The notes beneath the pieces were generated by a model, which did no database searches, was not told where the DNA came from, and worked only from the letters and a program-made list of their open reading frames with translations. A stretch of 62,438 nucleotides of DNA, filler included, from Bdellovibrionota bacterium (GTDB lineage Bacteria > Bdellovibrionota > Bdellovibrionia > Bdellovibrionales > JAEYZS01): the NCBI GenBank assembly GCA_963169515.1. It is 5 parts of 5 records of this genome, joined end to end, with 100 filler letters (N's around TTAATTAATTAA, not from the genome) between each part and the next. Parts side by side here need not be neighbours in the genome. Positions count along the whole stretch, not along the records: positions 34,865 to 47,953 come from CAUJEF010000105.1; positions 48,054 to 58,904 come from CAUJEF010000106.1; 3 more parts are not named here. One strand, written 5' to 3'. The stretch's first letter is position 1. The number at the start of each line of letters is the position of its first letter. This document shows positions 38,951 through 48,748 of this stretch, in pieces. Made by a program: the position numbers and the translations under genes.

Positions 38951-40591
38951 TTACGGTTGGTATCTTACGAAATCTGTTTCCGACAGATTGATCATCCCAA
39001 AATTCGAAACGCCCTCTGCCCTTCGAATTACCCGACGCTCGTTAGTCGCTCTCGTGTTTTCAATAATATAAACTCTAAAGCGATCGGTAGGCGTTAAAAA
39101 GACCATATCGTCTACATTATAGTGATAGCAATCTTGCGAAACGCTCGTACTCACCATACGCCCTGTATAGCGAGTCAGTCGCAAATTCGGAACTTGGTTG
39201 TTCCTAAAATCAATAGGCGAATTGTATTTCACCTCCGCATAGTTTGAAACGCCGTCGGAATCCGGATCTAAGCTTGTTGCATTCGAAGGGTCAATCACGT
39301 TAATTCCCCACTTTACGGCCAAGCCGTCTGGAATGTAGTCCCTGTTATAATCCGGATCACGCCTATCAGAACCGATTCGAGCTTCTTCGCAGTTATTCAA
39401 ATCATCCAAATCTGTGTCCCCCATTGGTACGTTGTTACACGCGCTGGCCCGGGCTGGACAGTTCACAGTGGCGCATGGCCGACCATCCATTTGATATTCA
39501 AAACCATCACCCAACCTGTTGCCGTCAGAATCATAGGCGTTTGGATTTGAACCTAATACCAATTCTTTGTCATCAGACAAACCATCAGCATCTGAGTCTA
39601 CTTTTAAAAAATTGTCTTCCCAAACGGCATTAGAGTTAACAAGCCATAATTCTTTCAAACTGAATCTGATCGCACGCGGAGGAATAGAAAAGGCCGTGAA
39701 ATCAATGGCTTCTCCGTTTAAAAACGACATGAAAGTTCCATATCCTTCTTGAGCCATTCGGCGCAAGTAATCTTCTGCAACCGTGCTTGTAGGCGGTGTT
39801 GAGTAGTAGGCTGTATTAATTGAAATTCCGTCCACGTAATCACTTTTCGTATTTTGTAAATCCACAATCCTGCGAACGAGCGAAAGAATTTGGTTTATAG
39901 GCTGCAGTGTTGGTACTGTTGCGCCATCCTCCAAATTCATTGGTTCACCATCAGAAACAAAAAAGACGACATAGTTTGAAGCGATCTTTGTAGGTGTAAC
40001 GCCCGTATTAAAGTCCCGCTCAGCAGCAGCAATATCGTTGTTTAAAAGTGTCATCAGATCAGTCAAGGTATCGCGGTAGTTTGTCCATCCGTCATCCGCC
40101 GGATTATTTGTATCCGTGTATGGTGGTCGACCCTCGTTATCAATATAATTTATGAACGCCTGACGATCATTCGTAAATGTTTGGCCACCAAAATTTTCAA
40201 CATTTGGTTCTGTGCTAAAATTAATAAAGCTATAATATGTGCTTGCCGCATTAAAGCTTGGTTGTGTATCCAAGCCATTCAAAAATGAAACAAGGGCCGG
40301 GAATCGACGCTCACCAGTCGGATCAGTTCCAGGTAACATCACAGGGGGAACAGCTGTCGTAAATCGCCTTTGATTTGATCCCGACCTGTCTTGAATAAAA
40401 ATAAATTTTAATCGGCTTTGAATTGAATCAGAAGGCGTCGTACAGAAATCAATTCCAATTTTTGATACCGAATAAGATTTTTGAACGTAAGGTTCAATCG
40501 TAGGACTTGAGCAGTTTTGATAGGCAATCAACACAGCCATCATTAAAAATACAAGAAAAATTAACTTTGAATGTCTTAGTACCTTATTCAT
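38951..40591 (-). CDS. MtsD-like secreted vWA protein with Ca-binding (TSP3-like) repeats
   Basis: AYQNC signal; DRSGS MIDAS; SDG; DSDADG/DSDGN/DTDLDD/DPDSDG repeats; paralog of 41552-43270. Confidence 0.8.
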   Translation of the reverse strand: MNKVLRHSKLIFLVFLMMAVLIAYQNCSSPTIEPYVQKSYSVSKIGIDFCTTPSDSIQSRLKFIFIQDRSGSNQRRFTTAVPPVMLPGTDPTGERRFPALVSFLNGLDTQPSFNAASTYYSFINFSTEPNVENFGGQTFTNDRQAFINYIDNEGRPPYTDTNNPADDGWTNYRDTLTDLMTLLNNDIAAAERDFNTGVTPTKIASNYVVFFVSDGEPMNLEDGATVPTLQPINQILSLVRRIVDLQNTKSDYVDGISINTAYYSTPPTSTVAEDYLRRMAQEGYGTFMSFLNGEAIDFTAFSIPPRAIRFSLKELWLVNSNAVWEDNFLKVDSDADGLSDDKELVLGSNPNAYDSDGNRLGDGFEYQMDGRPCATVNCPARASACNNVPMGDTDLDDLNNCEEARIGSDRRDPDYNRDYIPDGLAVKWGINVIDPSNATSLDPDSDGVSNYAEVKYNSPIDFRNNQVPNLRLTRYTGRMVSTSVSQDCYHYNVDDMVFLTPTDRFRVYIIENTRATNERRVIRRAEGVSNFGMINLSETDFVRYQP

Positions 40592-41529
40592 TGTATATTT
40601 CCCTCATTATCCACAATGAACGACTGAAATTGGTTTTGCGCATTGTTCACTGACGGCAATTGAATTTCGATATTATCTAGAGCGCTTGAAGGCAGTCCCA
40701 CCTCAAATACTTTGAGACGAGATGAATCTCCATTTGTGGTTGTATATTCGTGCTCCATAATATAGACACGGACCACGTTTCCATTTGCCGTTTCCATAAC
40801 TGGCACATTAGAAATCAAAATATCATGGCAAAGATCAGTCGTATTTCCATTTTGGACATTGTAATGAGCCACGCTATATCGATAAGCCTGATCTTGTATA
40901 TCAACGGTATCTGTCAGATACATTGGTGTATTGGCTTTAACCTCTACCAATGCCGACCGCAAGTCGTTGTCAAAGTCAAGGCTGCTGTCGTTTGGATCAA
41001 GCGGATTTAACCCCGTACGAATTTCCAAACCATCCGGAATTCCGTCACCATCTGTATCCGGGTTATTTCTTACCGTCCTTAATACGTTTTCTTCGCAATC
41101 ATTAAGACCGTCATAGTCAATGTCGTTCTGACCTGTTAAACACGCACGCAGGTTTACCTGTTGGGCCGTTACATAACCAACAGCAATTGTGACACCGTCA
41201 GAATATTCATCCCCATTTGTATCAGCTACTGCAGATGAAATGTTATAATCATTTATATGCGCCGGTGTGTTTTCAAAATCATCGCTTAAGCCATCGCGAT
41301 CAGAATCAATTACAAAGTCTGCCGCTTGACGATTTGCTGACATATTTACCGCAAACACCTCCTGAAGGGTGAAGTCGCCGATCGGACAATACTGTTCAAT
41401 TTTAATATTTACATGCTTTCGTTCATACAGCGACGCTTGAGTGTCCAACTTGAACCCACCGCAGTTCTGAAATAAAATCAGAACGCTTAAGAGCATCATC
41501 AAAATAAACATAGCTCGAAACGATTGCAA
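40588..41529 (-). CDS. Secreted Ca-binding-repeat protein without a vWA domain
   Basis: LFQNC signal; DSDRDG/DTDGDG repeats; C-terminal CH..VRVYIME segment shared with its neighbours. Confidence 0.8.
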   Translation of the reverse strand: MQSFRAMFILMMLLSVLILFQNCGGFKLDTQASLYERKHVNIKIEQYCPIGDFTLQEVFAVNMSANRQAADFVIDSDRDGLSDDFENTPAHINDYNISSAVADTNGDEYSDGVTIAVGYVTAQQVNLRACLTGQNDIDYDGLNDCEENVLRTVRNNPDTDGDGIPDGLEIRTGLNPLDPNDSSLDFDNDLRSALVEVKANTPMYLTDTVDIQDQAYRYSVAHYNVQNGNTTDLCHDILISNVPVMETANGNVVRVYIMEHEYTTTNGDSSRLKVFEVGLPSSALDNIEIQLPSVNNAQNQFQSFIVDNEGNIQ

Positions 41530-41551
41530 GTTATCCCCTCTAGCCTCTACA

Positions 41552-43270
41552 TCAAGGCTGGTATTTTTGGAAATCCTGGTCTGTCAAATATAAATATCCA
41601 AACGCTGCGGGCACCTCTGCTCGGCGTATTACCTTTCTCGAACTCAACACTTTTGTATCCTCAATAATGTACACGCGCATTCGATCCGTGGATCCCTGGA
41701 ATACGAGGTTATGTACGTCAAAATGGTAGCAGTCTTGTGTCGCGTCCGAACTCGTCATGCGCGATGTATACTGCGTAAGTCGTAAATTCGGAACCTGGCT
41801 ATTATTTATGCCAATTGGCGAGTTGTATTTCACCTCGTTATAATCTGATAAATTGTCAACGTCTGGATCGACCGTACTGGCACTGGATGGTTCAATGACT
41901 TGAATTCCAGCTCTCAGCGCCACTCCATCAGGAATGAAATCGCTGTTCGTATCTGGATCTCTACGATCCGATTTCAACAAAACCTCTTCGCAGTCATTCA
42001 AGTCGTCTAAATCCGTGTCGACCATTCCTGCAGCCCCCAAAGGATCTCTAAATGTACTGCATTGGCTTGTACCTGTGCCCGGAGCTGCACACGTCGCATT
42101 TAAGCATGGTTTTGCGTAAAGCTTTACTTCAACCCCGTCTCCCAAACCGTTCCCATCTGAATCGTAAGCATTTGGATTAGAACCCAACGCAATTTCATCC
42201 CAATCGGAAATCCCATCCGCATCAGAGTCAGGAGCCAAATAGTCACCTTGCCAAACTGTATTGGCATCAGAGATCCACAATTCTCGAAGCGTAAAACGTG
42301 CAATTCGCGAGGGGATTGCAAATCGTGTAAAGTCAATTTCCTGGCCACCCGAGAACTCTAAGTAAGTTCCGTTGCCATCATCTGCCATTTGCTGCAAATA
42401 AGTTCTGGCAATCGGACTAAATGGATTCGAATAGTAATAGGCTGTGTTCAAAGTAATTCCGTCGACGTAATCCCGTTTAGAGTCTTGAAGCGAATTGATC
42501 TGGCGAATTTCATTTTGCAAATCGCCCAACGGCTGGACATCCAAAATACCATCCCCATTAATGTCTTGACCATCAAGGGGTTCTCCGCCAGCGATAAAAA
42601 ATATCACATAATTGCTGGCAACTTTTCGAGGGACGTCGATCACACCGTCATTGTCGGTGTCGTCACCTGTAACGCCGTTTAAAAAGTCATCTTCGGCATC
42701 GGCGATATCTTGTTCAATTATTGTGCGTGCGTCTTGTAGGGATACTTGGTAGTTACTAAAACCGCCGTCTTGGGGATTGATAAGATCGCCATAGTTTGGT
42801 CCACGCCCCTCTTGCTGAACACGGTTTCTAAATGTCTGCTTGTCAGATGTGAAGTTTTCATCCACGTTGTTGATTCGCCAATTGATAACATCCGAGTTAG
42901 TGGCAAAGTTAATCCACGAAAAATAAGTATAAGCAGGATCTGAATCGTTAAAGTTATCCAGAAAATCCACAACTGGCGCAAACCGTCGAATACCCGTGGC
43001 ATCGTTGCCTGGCAAAACTTGGCCAAATGTTGAACTTTGTGGGTCCGTATCGTACTGAATTTGATTGGAACCAGAGCGGTCCATCACAAAAATGAACTTA
43101 AGGTTACTCTTAACCGTGTCCGGGCGCGTAGTGCAAATATCCAATCCGACTTTTGAAGCTTTGTAGGCGGCCACTTTGTACTGCTCGAGTCGGATATTTG
43201 AACAGTTTTGATACAAAACTGTGATCCCTAAAACCAATATAAATGCCAAGACAAAGCGCAGACGTTTCAA
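41552..43270 (-). CDS. MtsD-like secreted vWA protein with Ca-binding (TSP3-like) repeats
   Basis: LYQNC signal; CT..P..KFIFVMDRSGS; DxDxDG repeats; TTG start after GGGGGA. Confidence 0.8.
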   Translation of the reverse strand: MKRLRFVLAFILVLGITVLYQNCSNIRLEQYKVAAYKASKVGLDICTTRPDTVKSNLKFIFVMDRSGSNQIQYDTDPQSSTFGQVLPGNDATGIRRFAPVVDFLDNFNDSDPAYTYFSWINFATNSDVINWRINNVDENFTSDKQTFRNRVQQEGRGPNYGDLINPQDGGFSNYQVSLQDARTIIEQDIADAEDDFLNGVTGDDTDNDGVIDVPRKVASNYVIFFIAGGEPLDGQDINGDGILDVQPLGDLQNEIRQINSLQDSKRDYVDGITLNTAYYYSNPFSPIARTYLQQMADDGNGTYLEFSGGQEIDFTRFAIPSRIARFTLRELWISDANTVWQGDYLAPDSDADGISDWDEIALGSNPNAYDSDGNGLGDGVEVKLYAKPCLNATCAAPGTGTSQCSTFRDPLGAAGMVDTDLDDLNDCEEVLLKSDRRDPDTNSDFIPDGVALRAGIQVIEPSSASTVDPDVDNLSDYNEVKYNSPIGINNSQVPNLRLTQYTSRMTSSDATQDCYHFDVHNLVFQGSTDRMRVYIIEDTKVLSSRKVIRRAEVPAAFGYLYLTDQDFQKYQP

Positions 43271-43295
43271 GAATCCCCCTGATGTACTATATCGG

Positions 43296-43311
43296 AGCAA
43301 TGAGGGTGCCA
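43296..43311 (-). promoter_or_regulatory. sigma54 -24/-12 promoter (consensus match)
   Basis: Minus strand TGGCAC-CCTCA-TTGCT. Confidence 0.75.
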
Positions 43312-43504
43312 CTCTAGCGCAAACACCTGCATTTTAAGCAAAAAACTCCGTAAACTTTTATACGTCTGTCAATTTGGTTATAAACAGTTGCTAAATTGCA
43401 TCAGATTGAGAAATCAAATAATATCTCATTATGAGTCATCACAGGGTTTGACATTTCAAATCACAGTAATAGAATTTACGAAATTACCAATGAGGGGGAA
43501 ATTT

Positions 43505-44056
43505 ATGAAAAAATGGATTTTAGTTTTATTTGCTGCAAATATGCTTTCAATCACTGCACTTGCAGATATTTACGTTGAACCGTCATTGGGTTACAACTTT
43601 GGATCTTACGAAGCAAAGCTAACCGCCCCACTCCCAGCGGCACCGGGAGGGACGTCTGGTTTGGGCCTGGGTCTTAAGGCAGGGTATAGCATTGCAACAT
43701 TCTTCGGTGGTCTTGATGTGCAGTACAATATGCTTTCGTCTGATCCTGACAGTGCCAGCCAACCAGAAGATGATTTAAAGGAAACTTTGATTGGAATTTC
43801 TGGCGGCATGGATCTTGTTTTAATTCGCGCATGGCTTGGTTATTATTTTTCAGGATCAGGCAAATCTGACGATGTAGAATTCAAAAGCGGAAGTGGATTC
43901 AAAATCGGTGTCGGTTACTCTCTTCTACCAATGGTCAGCTTAAACGCAGAATATTTTATTACTAACTACGATGACGTCACTGAAGCCTCTGGCTTTGTTC
44001 AGGAAATGGATTTCAAAAATTTGTTAGTTAGCGTAAGTGTACCGTTAAGTTTTTAA
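43505..44056 (+). CDS. Outer-membrane beta-barrel protein
   Basis: Signal peptide; alternating beta strands; terminal Phe. Confidence 0.8.
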   Translation: MKKWILVLFAANMLSITALADIYVEPSLGYNFGSYEAKLTAPLPAAPGGTSGLGLGLKAGYSIATFFGGLDVQYNMLSSDPDSASQPEDDLKETLIGISGGMDLVLIRAWLGYYFSGSGKSDDVEFKSGSGFKIGVGYSLLPMVSLNAEYFITNYDDVTEASGFVQEMDFKNLLVSVSVPLSF

Positions 44057-44068
44057 TGAGGTCTAAAC

Positions 44069-44692
44069 ATGAGGAAATTAATTTTATTTGTTATAAGTTT
44101 GTTTAGTTTAAATTCGTATGCTGATGGAATTCTTTTAGAGCCCAACGTAGGGTTTCAATTTGGTTCCCATGAATTTTCCCAAACGGGACCATTCGGTGCA
44201 GAGGCACGTGATGGTACGTCGTCTGGTTTTACTCTCGGAGCCCGCGTTGGTTACAAATACACAATGTTCTTTGGTGGATTGGATTTGCAATATAGTGCCC
44301 CTTCGATGGTGGCTGATACAGCAACGATTAACGGTGTGGACGCCAGTAACTCTGGCCAAAACATCGCACTTGATTGGAGCAACTCATTTTTTCAGTTGGG
44401 TCTTTCTGCGGGGGCAGAAATGCCTATGGGAATTCGTGGCTGGATAGGGTATTACTTTCTTGGAAATCTCACAACCGACGATTTATACAGCTCAGAATAT
44501 TCAGGTGGCGCATTTAGGTTGGGGGTGGGTTACAAAATTATTCCACTCGTCAGCGCAAATTTTGAATACGTCCATTCGTCTCTTACAGCAGATAGTCAAG
44601 AAGGTCTTTCCCAAACTTTTGTCGACACAGCTGAGCTAACCCAAAACGCATTTATCTTAAGCATAAGCTGCCCCTACGAATTCGAATTGTAG
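44069..44692 (+). CDS. Outer-membrane beta-barrel protein (tandem paralog)
   Basis: Shares EP..G, FFGGLD.QY, IR.W.GYY and GVGY..P.VS.N.EY with the upstream gene. Confidence 0.8.
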   Translation: MRKLILFVISLFSLNSYADGILLEPNVGFQFGSHEFSQTGPFGAEARDGTSSGFTLGARVGYKYTMFFGGLDLQYSAPSMVADTATINGVDASNSGQNIALDWSNSFFQLGLSAGAEMPMGIRGWIGYYFLGNLTTDDLYSSEYSGGAFRLGVGYKIIPLVSANFEYVHSSLTADSQEGLSQTFVDTAELTQNAFILSISCPYEFEL

Positions 44693-44734
44693 GGTAGGCC
44701 GTACCTTTTTGATGTGCAACGCGCATATCCGGCA
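44693..44734 (+). repeat. REP-like element copy 1
   Basis: GGTAGGCCGTACCTTTTTGATGTGCA core plus hairpin, directly after a TAG stop. Confidence 0.85.
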
Positions 44735-44755
44735 GCCGGACGCCTTGGAGTAGGA

Positions 44756-46228
44756 ATGCAATTGCGGATCCCTAAAAAAATTGATCTTCAAAACTACATC
44801 GGGGGAAAATGGACCCCCGGGCAGGGTGAAAAGCGAATCGTCATCAGTCCCTACACAAACACTATTATTGGCGAGTTCAAAGAATCCACGAAAAAGCAGA
44901 TCAATGATGCTGTTAAAAAAGCCCACTCTGGGCACCTGGAATGGGCGCAGCGTTCATTAAAGGAACGAACCCAAGTCATGTTCAAATTCCGCGAAATACT
45001 TTTAAGGGATATCGACAAAATTTCTAATGTTATTTCGAGTGAAAGTGGGAAAACTTGTGCCGAGGCACAGGCGGGTCTTATGAAGGGAATCGAGGTTCTT
45101 GAGTTTGCCACCAGCTTGCAGAACTTAGATAGGTTGGGCCGCATGGAGGTATCAAAAGATATTTTTTGTGAGTACCGTCGAGAGCCTCTTGGCGTTGTCG
45201 CGGGTATTACACCATTTAATTTCCCGGCTATGGTACCGATGTGGATGATCCCCATTGCAATTACAATTGGAAATGCTTTTGTGTGGAAACCGTCGGACAA
45301 AACACCTCTGACTTCTAAATTTATCACAGACAGTTTAACTGAAGCAGGGTTACCGGCTGGGATTTTAACCCTTGTTCAAGGCGGAAAACAAACTGTTGAT
45401 GCGATTTTAGAACACCCAGACATCAAAGCTGTTGGGTTTGTGGGCTCGTCCCCCATTGCAAAATATATATATCAAACAGGGGCTCAACATTTAAAGCGTG
45501 TGCTTGCCTTGGGTGGCGCAAAGAACCATATTTTCCTGCTCCCAGATGCAGATCCAGCGCTCGTAGGGCAAGGAGTAGCTGATTCTTTCACTGGATGTGC
45601 AGGCCAACGCTGTATGGCTGCGAGTGTTTTATTAGCAATAGGTGATGTCGATCCACTGATAAATAAAATTGTAGAGAAGGTATCTTCCATCAAATTGGGA
45701 GAAAATATGGGGACCATCATCAGTACAACTTCTTTAGAAAAACTCACGAAAGCTATAGAAAAATCAAAAAAAGAGGGCGCAAAAATTTTATTGGATGGAC
45801 GAAACCCAAAAAGTCCAAAAGGCTTTGAAAAAGGGAATTGGCTGGCTCCATCTATTTTAGATAATGTAAAACCAAATTCCGAAGCAGCCTGTGAAGAGTT
45901 ATTTGGCCCAATCTTAAGTATCATTCGTTGCAAAAATATCGAACAAGCGATGAAAATTGAAAACGAAAACCCTTACGGGAACGCCGCTAGTGTCTTTACA
46001 CAAAATGGAGCCATGGCAGAATTTATTACTCAAAATGCCCGTGCTGGGATGATCGGTATAAACATCGGCGTTCCCGTTCCACGCGAACCCTTTTCTTTTG
46101 GTGGATTTTATGAGTCAAAATTTGGTCATGGAGATATCACTGGCGAATCATCATTGAATTTTTGGAGCAATCTAAAAAAAGTCACCACCAAATGGTCTAG
46201 CGTGAAATCGAAAAACTGGATGTCCTAA
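44756..46228 (+). CDS. mmsA: CoA-acylating methylmalonate-semialdehyde dehydrogenase
   Basis: ITPFNFPAMVPMW, FVGSS, GGAKNH, GQRCMA, INIGVPVP. Confidence 0.92.
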   Translation: MQLRIPKKIDLQNYIGGKWTPGQGEKRIVISPYTNTIIGEFKESTKKQINDAVKKAHSGHLEWAQRSLKERTQVMFKFREILLRDIDKISNVISSESGKTCAEAQAGLMKGIEVLEFATSLQNLDRLGRMEVSKDIFCEYRREPLGVVAGITPFNFPAMVPMWMIPIAITIGNAFVWKPSDKTPLTSKFITDSLTEAGLPAGILTLVQGGKQTVDAILEHPDIKAVGFVGSSPIAKYIYQTGAQHLKRVLALGGAKNHIFLLPDADPALVGQGVADSFTGCAGQRCMAASVLLAIGDVDPLINKIVEKVSSIKLGENMGTIISTTSLEKLTKAIEKSKKEGAKILLDGRNPKSPKGFEKGNWLAPSILDNVKPNSEAACEELFGPILSIIRCKNIEQAMKIENENPYGNAASVFTQNGAMAEFITQNARAGMIGINIGVPVPREPFSFGGFYESKFGHGDITGESSLNFWSNLKKVTTKWSSVKSKNWMS

Positions 46229-46266
46229 GGTAGGCCGTACCTTTTTGATGTGCATAGCGCAAAAGC
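46229..46266 (+). repeat. REP-like element copy 2
   Basis: Identical 26-bp core directly after the TAA stop of mmsA. Confidence 0.85.
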
Positions 46267-46905
46267 TCAGGAAAGAATGCTTACTAGCTCATGTTCTTTT
46301 TGGTTGTGAATGTCGCGTGGGAGGCTAAACACGCTATGACGTAATGCTGACGCGACAGCGTCTAAATGACCTTTCTCATAGGTTCTATTTAGCCACTTCA
46401 AAGTATCCTCAACATCATTGAATAGAGTTAAATCTTCCTCGATAGGGATCCAAATTTTGCTTTGCCCAAGTAATCCATTCAAGGTTGAAAATGGGTATTC
46501 TTCTACATTCTTAACCAAACCTGCCTGGACAGGATTTCTGTATATATATTTGTACGCATGTAGATAGTAATGGTAAGTATCTATCATGCACTTATGATAG
46601 GGAGCGCCGTACAGCTGATTTATTCGCCCGCACATTTCCCCGATTACTTTGCTAGTTTCCCGCATAAAATAGTTCATCGATTTCCCTATATTTCCTTCGG
46701 GGAATCCTGCCAGTAAATGGAAATGATTATTCATTAAAACAAAAGAAAAAATTTCAACATTATAAGCATGATGGATGAAAAATAAATAGTCTGAATAAAC
46801 CCGCCACACATATGGCAGCGGTATTTTGAACCATTCCTTGTTAAGGCATCGCGCACTGATGTGGTAGGGATTTGTCATGCTAACGGGTACAATTTTTCTT
46901 GGCAT
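46267..46905 (-). CDS. REP-associated tyrosine transposase (RAYT, Y1 HUH)
   Basis: MPRK..YHISARC.N, VLMNNHFHL (HUH), YIYRNPV.AG, YPFS; flanked by inverted REP copies. Confidence 0.88.
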   Translation of the reverse strand: MPRKIVPVSMTNPYHISARCLNKEWFKIPLPYVWRVYSDYLFFIHHAYNVEIFSFVLMNNHFHLLAGFPEGNIGKSMNYFMRETSKVIGEMCGRINQLYGAPYHKCMIDTYHYYLHAYKYIYRNPVQAGLVKNVEEYPFSTLNGLLGQSKIWIPIEEDLTLFNDVEDTLKWLNRTYEKGHLDAVASALRHSVFSLPRDIHNQKEHELVSILS

Positions 46906-46969
46906 AAGGGATAGATACAAAAGTACGATGCCACTAAGACCGCATATAATTAAATTATATAGCCTATTA

Positions 46970-47019
46970 TGTCCGGATAGCGGATGTATGCACTGCACAT
47001 CAAAAAGGTACGGCCTACC
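46970..47019 (-). repeat. REP-like element copy 3 (inverted)
   Basis: Identical 26-bp core (46994-47019) directly after the TAG stop of ychF. Confidence 0.85.
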
Positions 47020-47953
47020 CTAGACATTGAAGCGGAAGAGCATGATGTCACCGTCTTTAACGACGTAGTCTTTGCCCTCGGATTTATACAGGCCCGCTTC
47101 CTTCACAGCAGCTTCCGACTTCAGACGAAATAAGTCTTCACACGAATAGGTTTCCGCCCGAATAAAACCTTTTTCAAAATCCGTATGAATGACCGCCGCA
47201 GCCTGTGGAGCCTTCGTCCCTCGAACAATCGTCCATGCTCGAACTTCCTTTTTCCCTGCCGTAAAATAAGTAATGAGGTTTAATAGTTTATACGCTTCTA
47301 AAATCAACCGATTCAGTCCACGCTCTTTTTGTCCCAAGTCCGACAAAAACGCATCTTGCTCTTCTTTGGAAAGCTGATTTATCTCTGCCTCAATTTGGGC
47401 GGATATTAAAACTGTTTTTTGATTTTCAGATTTTGCACGCTCCTCTACCTTGCGTACCCATTCATTACCACCCTTTTTCAAATCCTCTTCATTTACATTG
47501 CAGACATAAAGAACGGGCTTCGCTGTCAAAAGCTGCAAAGACTTTAAAACCTCATTTTCGTCAGGCAAGTCAAATTTCAGCGCTCGCGCAGGAGTCCCCG
47601 CATCAAGCGCCGCCTTCACCCTCGAAACCACGTCAAATTCGATTTTTACTTTTCGATCAGTCGAACTGCGCGCAACCTTTTCAACACGCTGAAAACGCTT
47701 TTCAACAGAGTCCAAGTCCGCAAGCATCAGCTCTGTATTGATGACGTCCATATCTCGAACCGGATCCACACTTCCCGACACGTGAATAATATTAGAATCA
47801 TCGAAGCACCGCACAACATGTAAAATGGCATCCGTCTGGCGAATGTTTCCCAAAAATTGGTTTCCCAACCCCTCGCCCTTGCTCGCGCCCTCGACAAGAC
47901 CCGCAATATCTACGAACTCTGTTGATGTTGGCACTAATTTGTCTGGGACAATA
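47020..47953 (-). CDS. ychF: Redox-regulated ATPase YchF, 5' truncated
   Basis: [33 protein letters not shown], terminal FRFNV. Confidence 0.96.
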
Positions 47954-48053
47954 NNNNNNNNNNNNNNNNNNNNNNNNNNNNNNNNNNNNNNNNNNNNTTA
48001 ATTAATTAANNNNNNNNNNNNNNNNNNNNNNNNNNNNNNNNNNNNNNNNNNNN
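47954..48053. other. Artificial contig spacer
   Basis: N-run with central TTAATTAATTAA. Confidence 0.97.
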
Positions 48054-48748
48054 TGTTGGAGCGTGCTCTTGTTTTGGCAGGTTGCAAGCGCTGCGTGTTG
48101 CGTGTAGAGATATTGATTAAAATTACAGTACCTGTAGGGGCGGGTCTTGGCGCCTCTGCGGCTTTGTGTGTGGGTGTGGGAAGGTTATTCTACAGTTTGA
48201 AATGGGTCAAGGAAGCGGAATTGCCAGAGTTTTGCAGACTATTGGAAAACCTTTTTCATGGCGAAAGCAGTGGCGCGGATATTGCCGCGGTTTTAGCTGG
48301 CGAGCCGATTGAATTTATTCGTGGTCAATCACACAAAAGTTTAAAAATAAATTGGCAACCGAATTGGTATTTGTCTTATAGCGGACAGCGAGGACTGACG
48401 AGTGAGTGTGTTTCGCGGGTAAAAGAACTGTGGGGACGTAACAAAAAAGAGGGGCAAAAAATAGACGAAGAAATGCATGAAAGTGTTCAATTGGCAAAAT
48501 TGGCACTGAGCAAATCAAGCCAAGACGGTCTGTTGGATCTTGTCGAAGCGTTGCAAAAGGCGCGGCATTGTTTTGATCGTTGGGGTTTGTCCCAGGGTGC
48601 AAATGAACGGCATATGCAAAAGCTCGCTGAATTCGGTGCCCTTGCAACAAAGCCGACAGGCTCTGGTGGCGGTGGCTACATTTTAAGTTTGTGGCGTCAA
48701 GAGCCGCCCCAGGAAATTCAAAAAAATTTAATTCCGCTCATTGTTTAG
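48054..48748 (+). CDS. mvk: Mevalonate kinase, 5' truncated
   Basis: PVGAGLGASAA, ENLFHGESSGAD, KPTGSGGGG. Confidence 0.8.

Noticed and set aside
46918..46934. sigma54 promoter for the RAYT (TGGCAT-CGTAC-TTTTG)
   Set aside because: Lacks the invariant -12 GC.
46267..46998. IS200/IS605 TnpA element, and the longer start at 46998
   Set aside because: Length, NPV.AG motif, REP flanks and absence of tnpB fit a RAYT. The extension upstream of MPRK runs through the REP.
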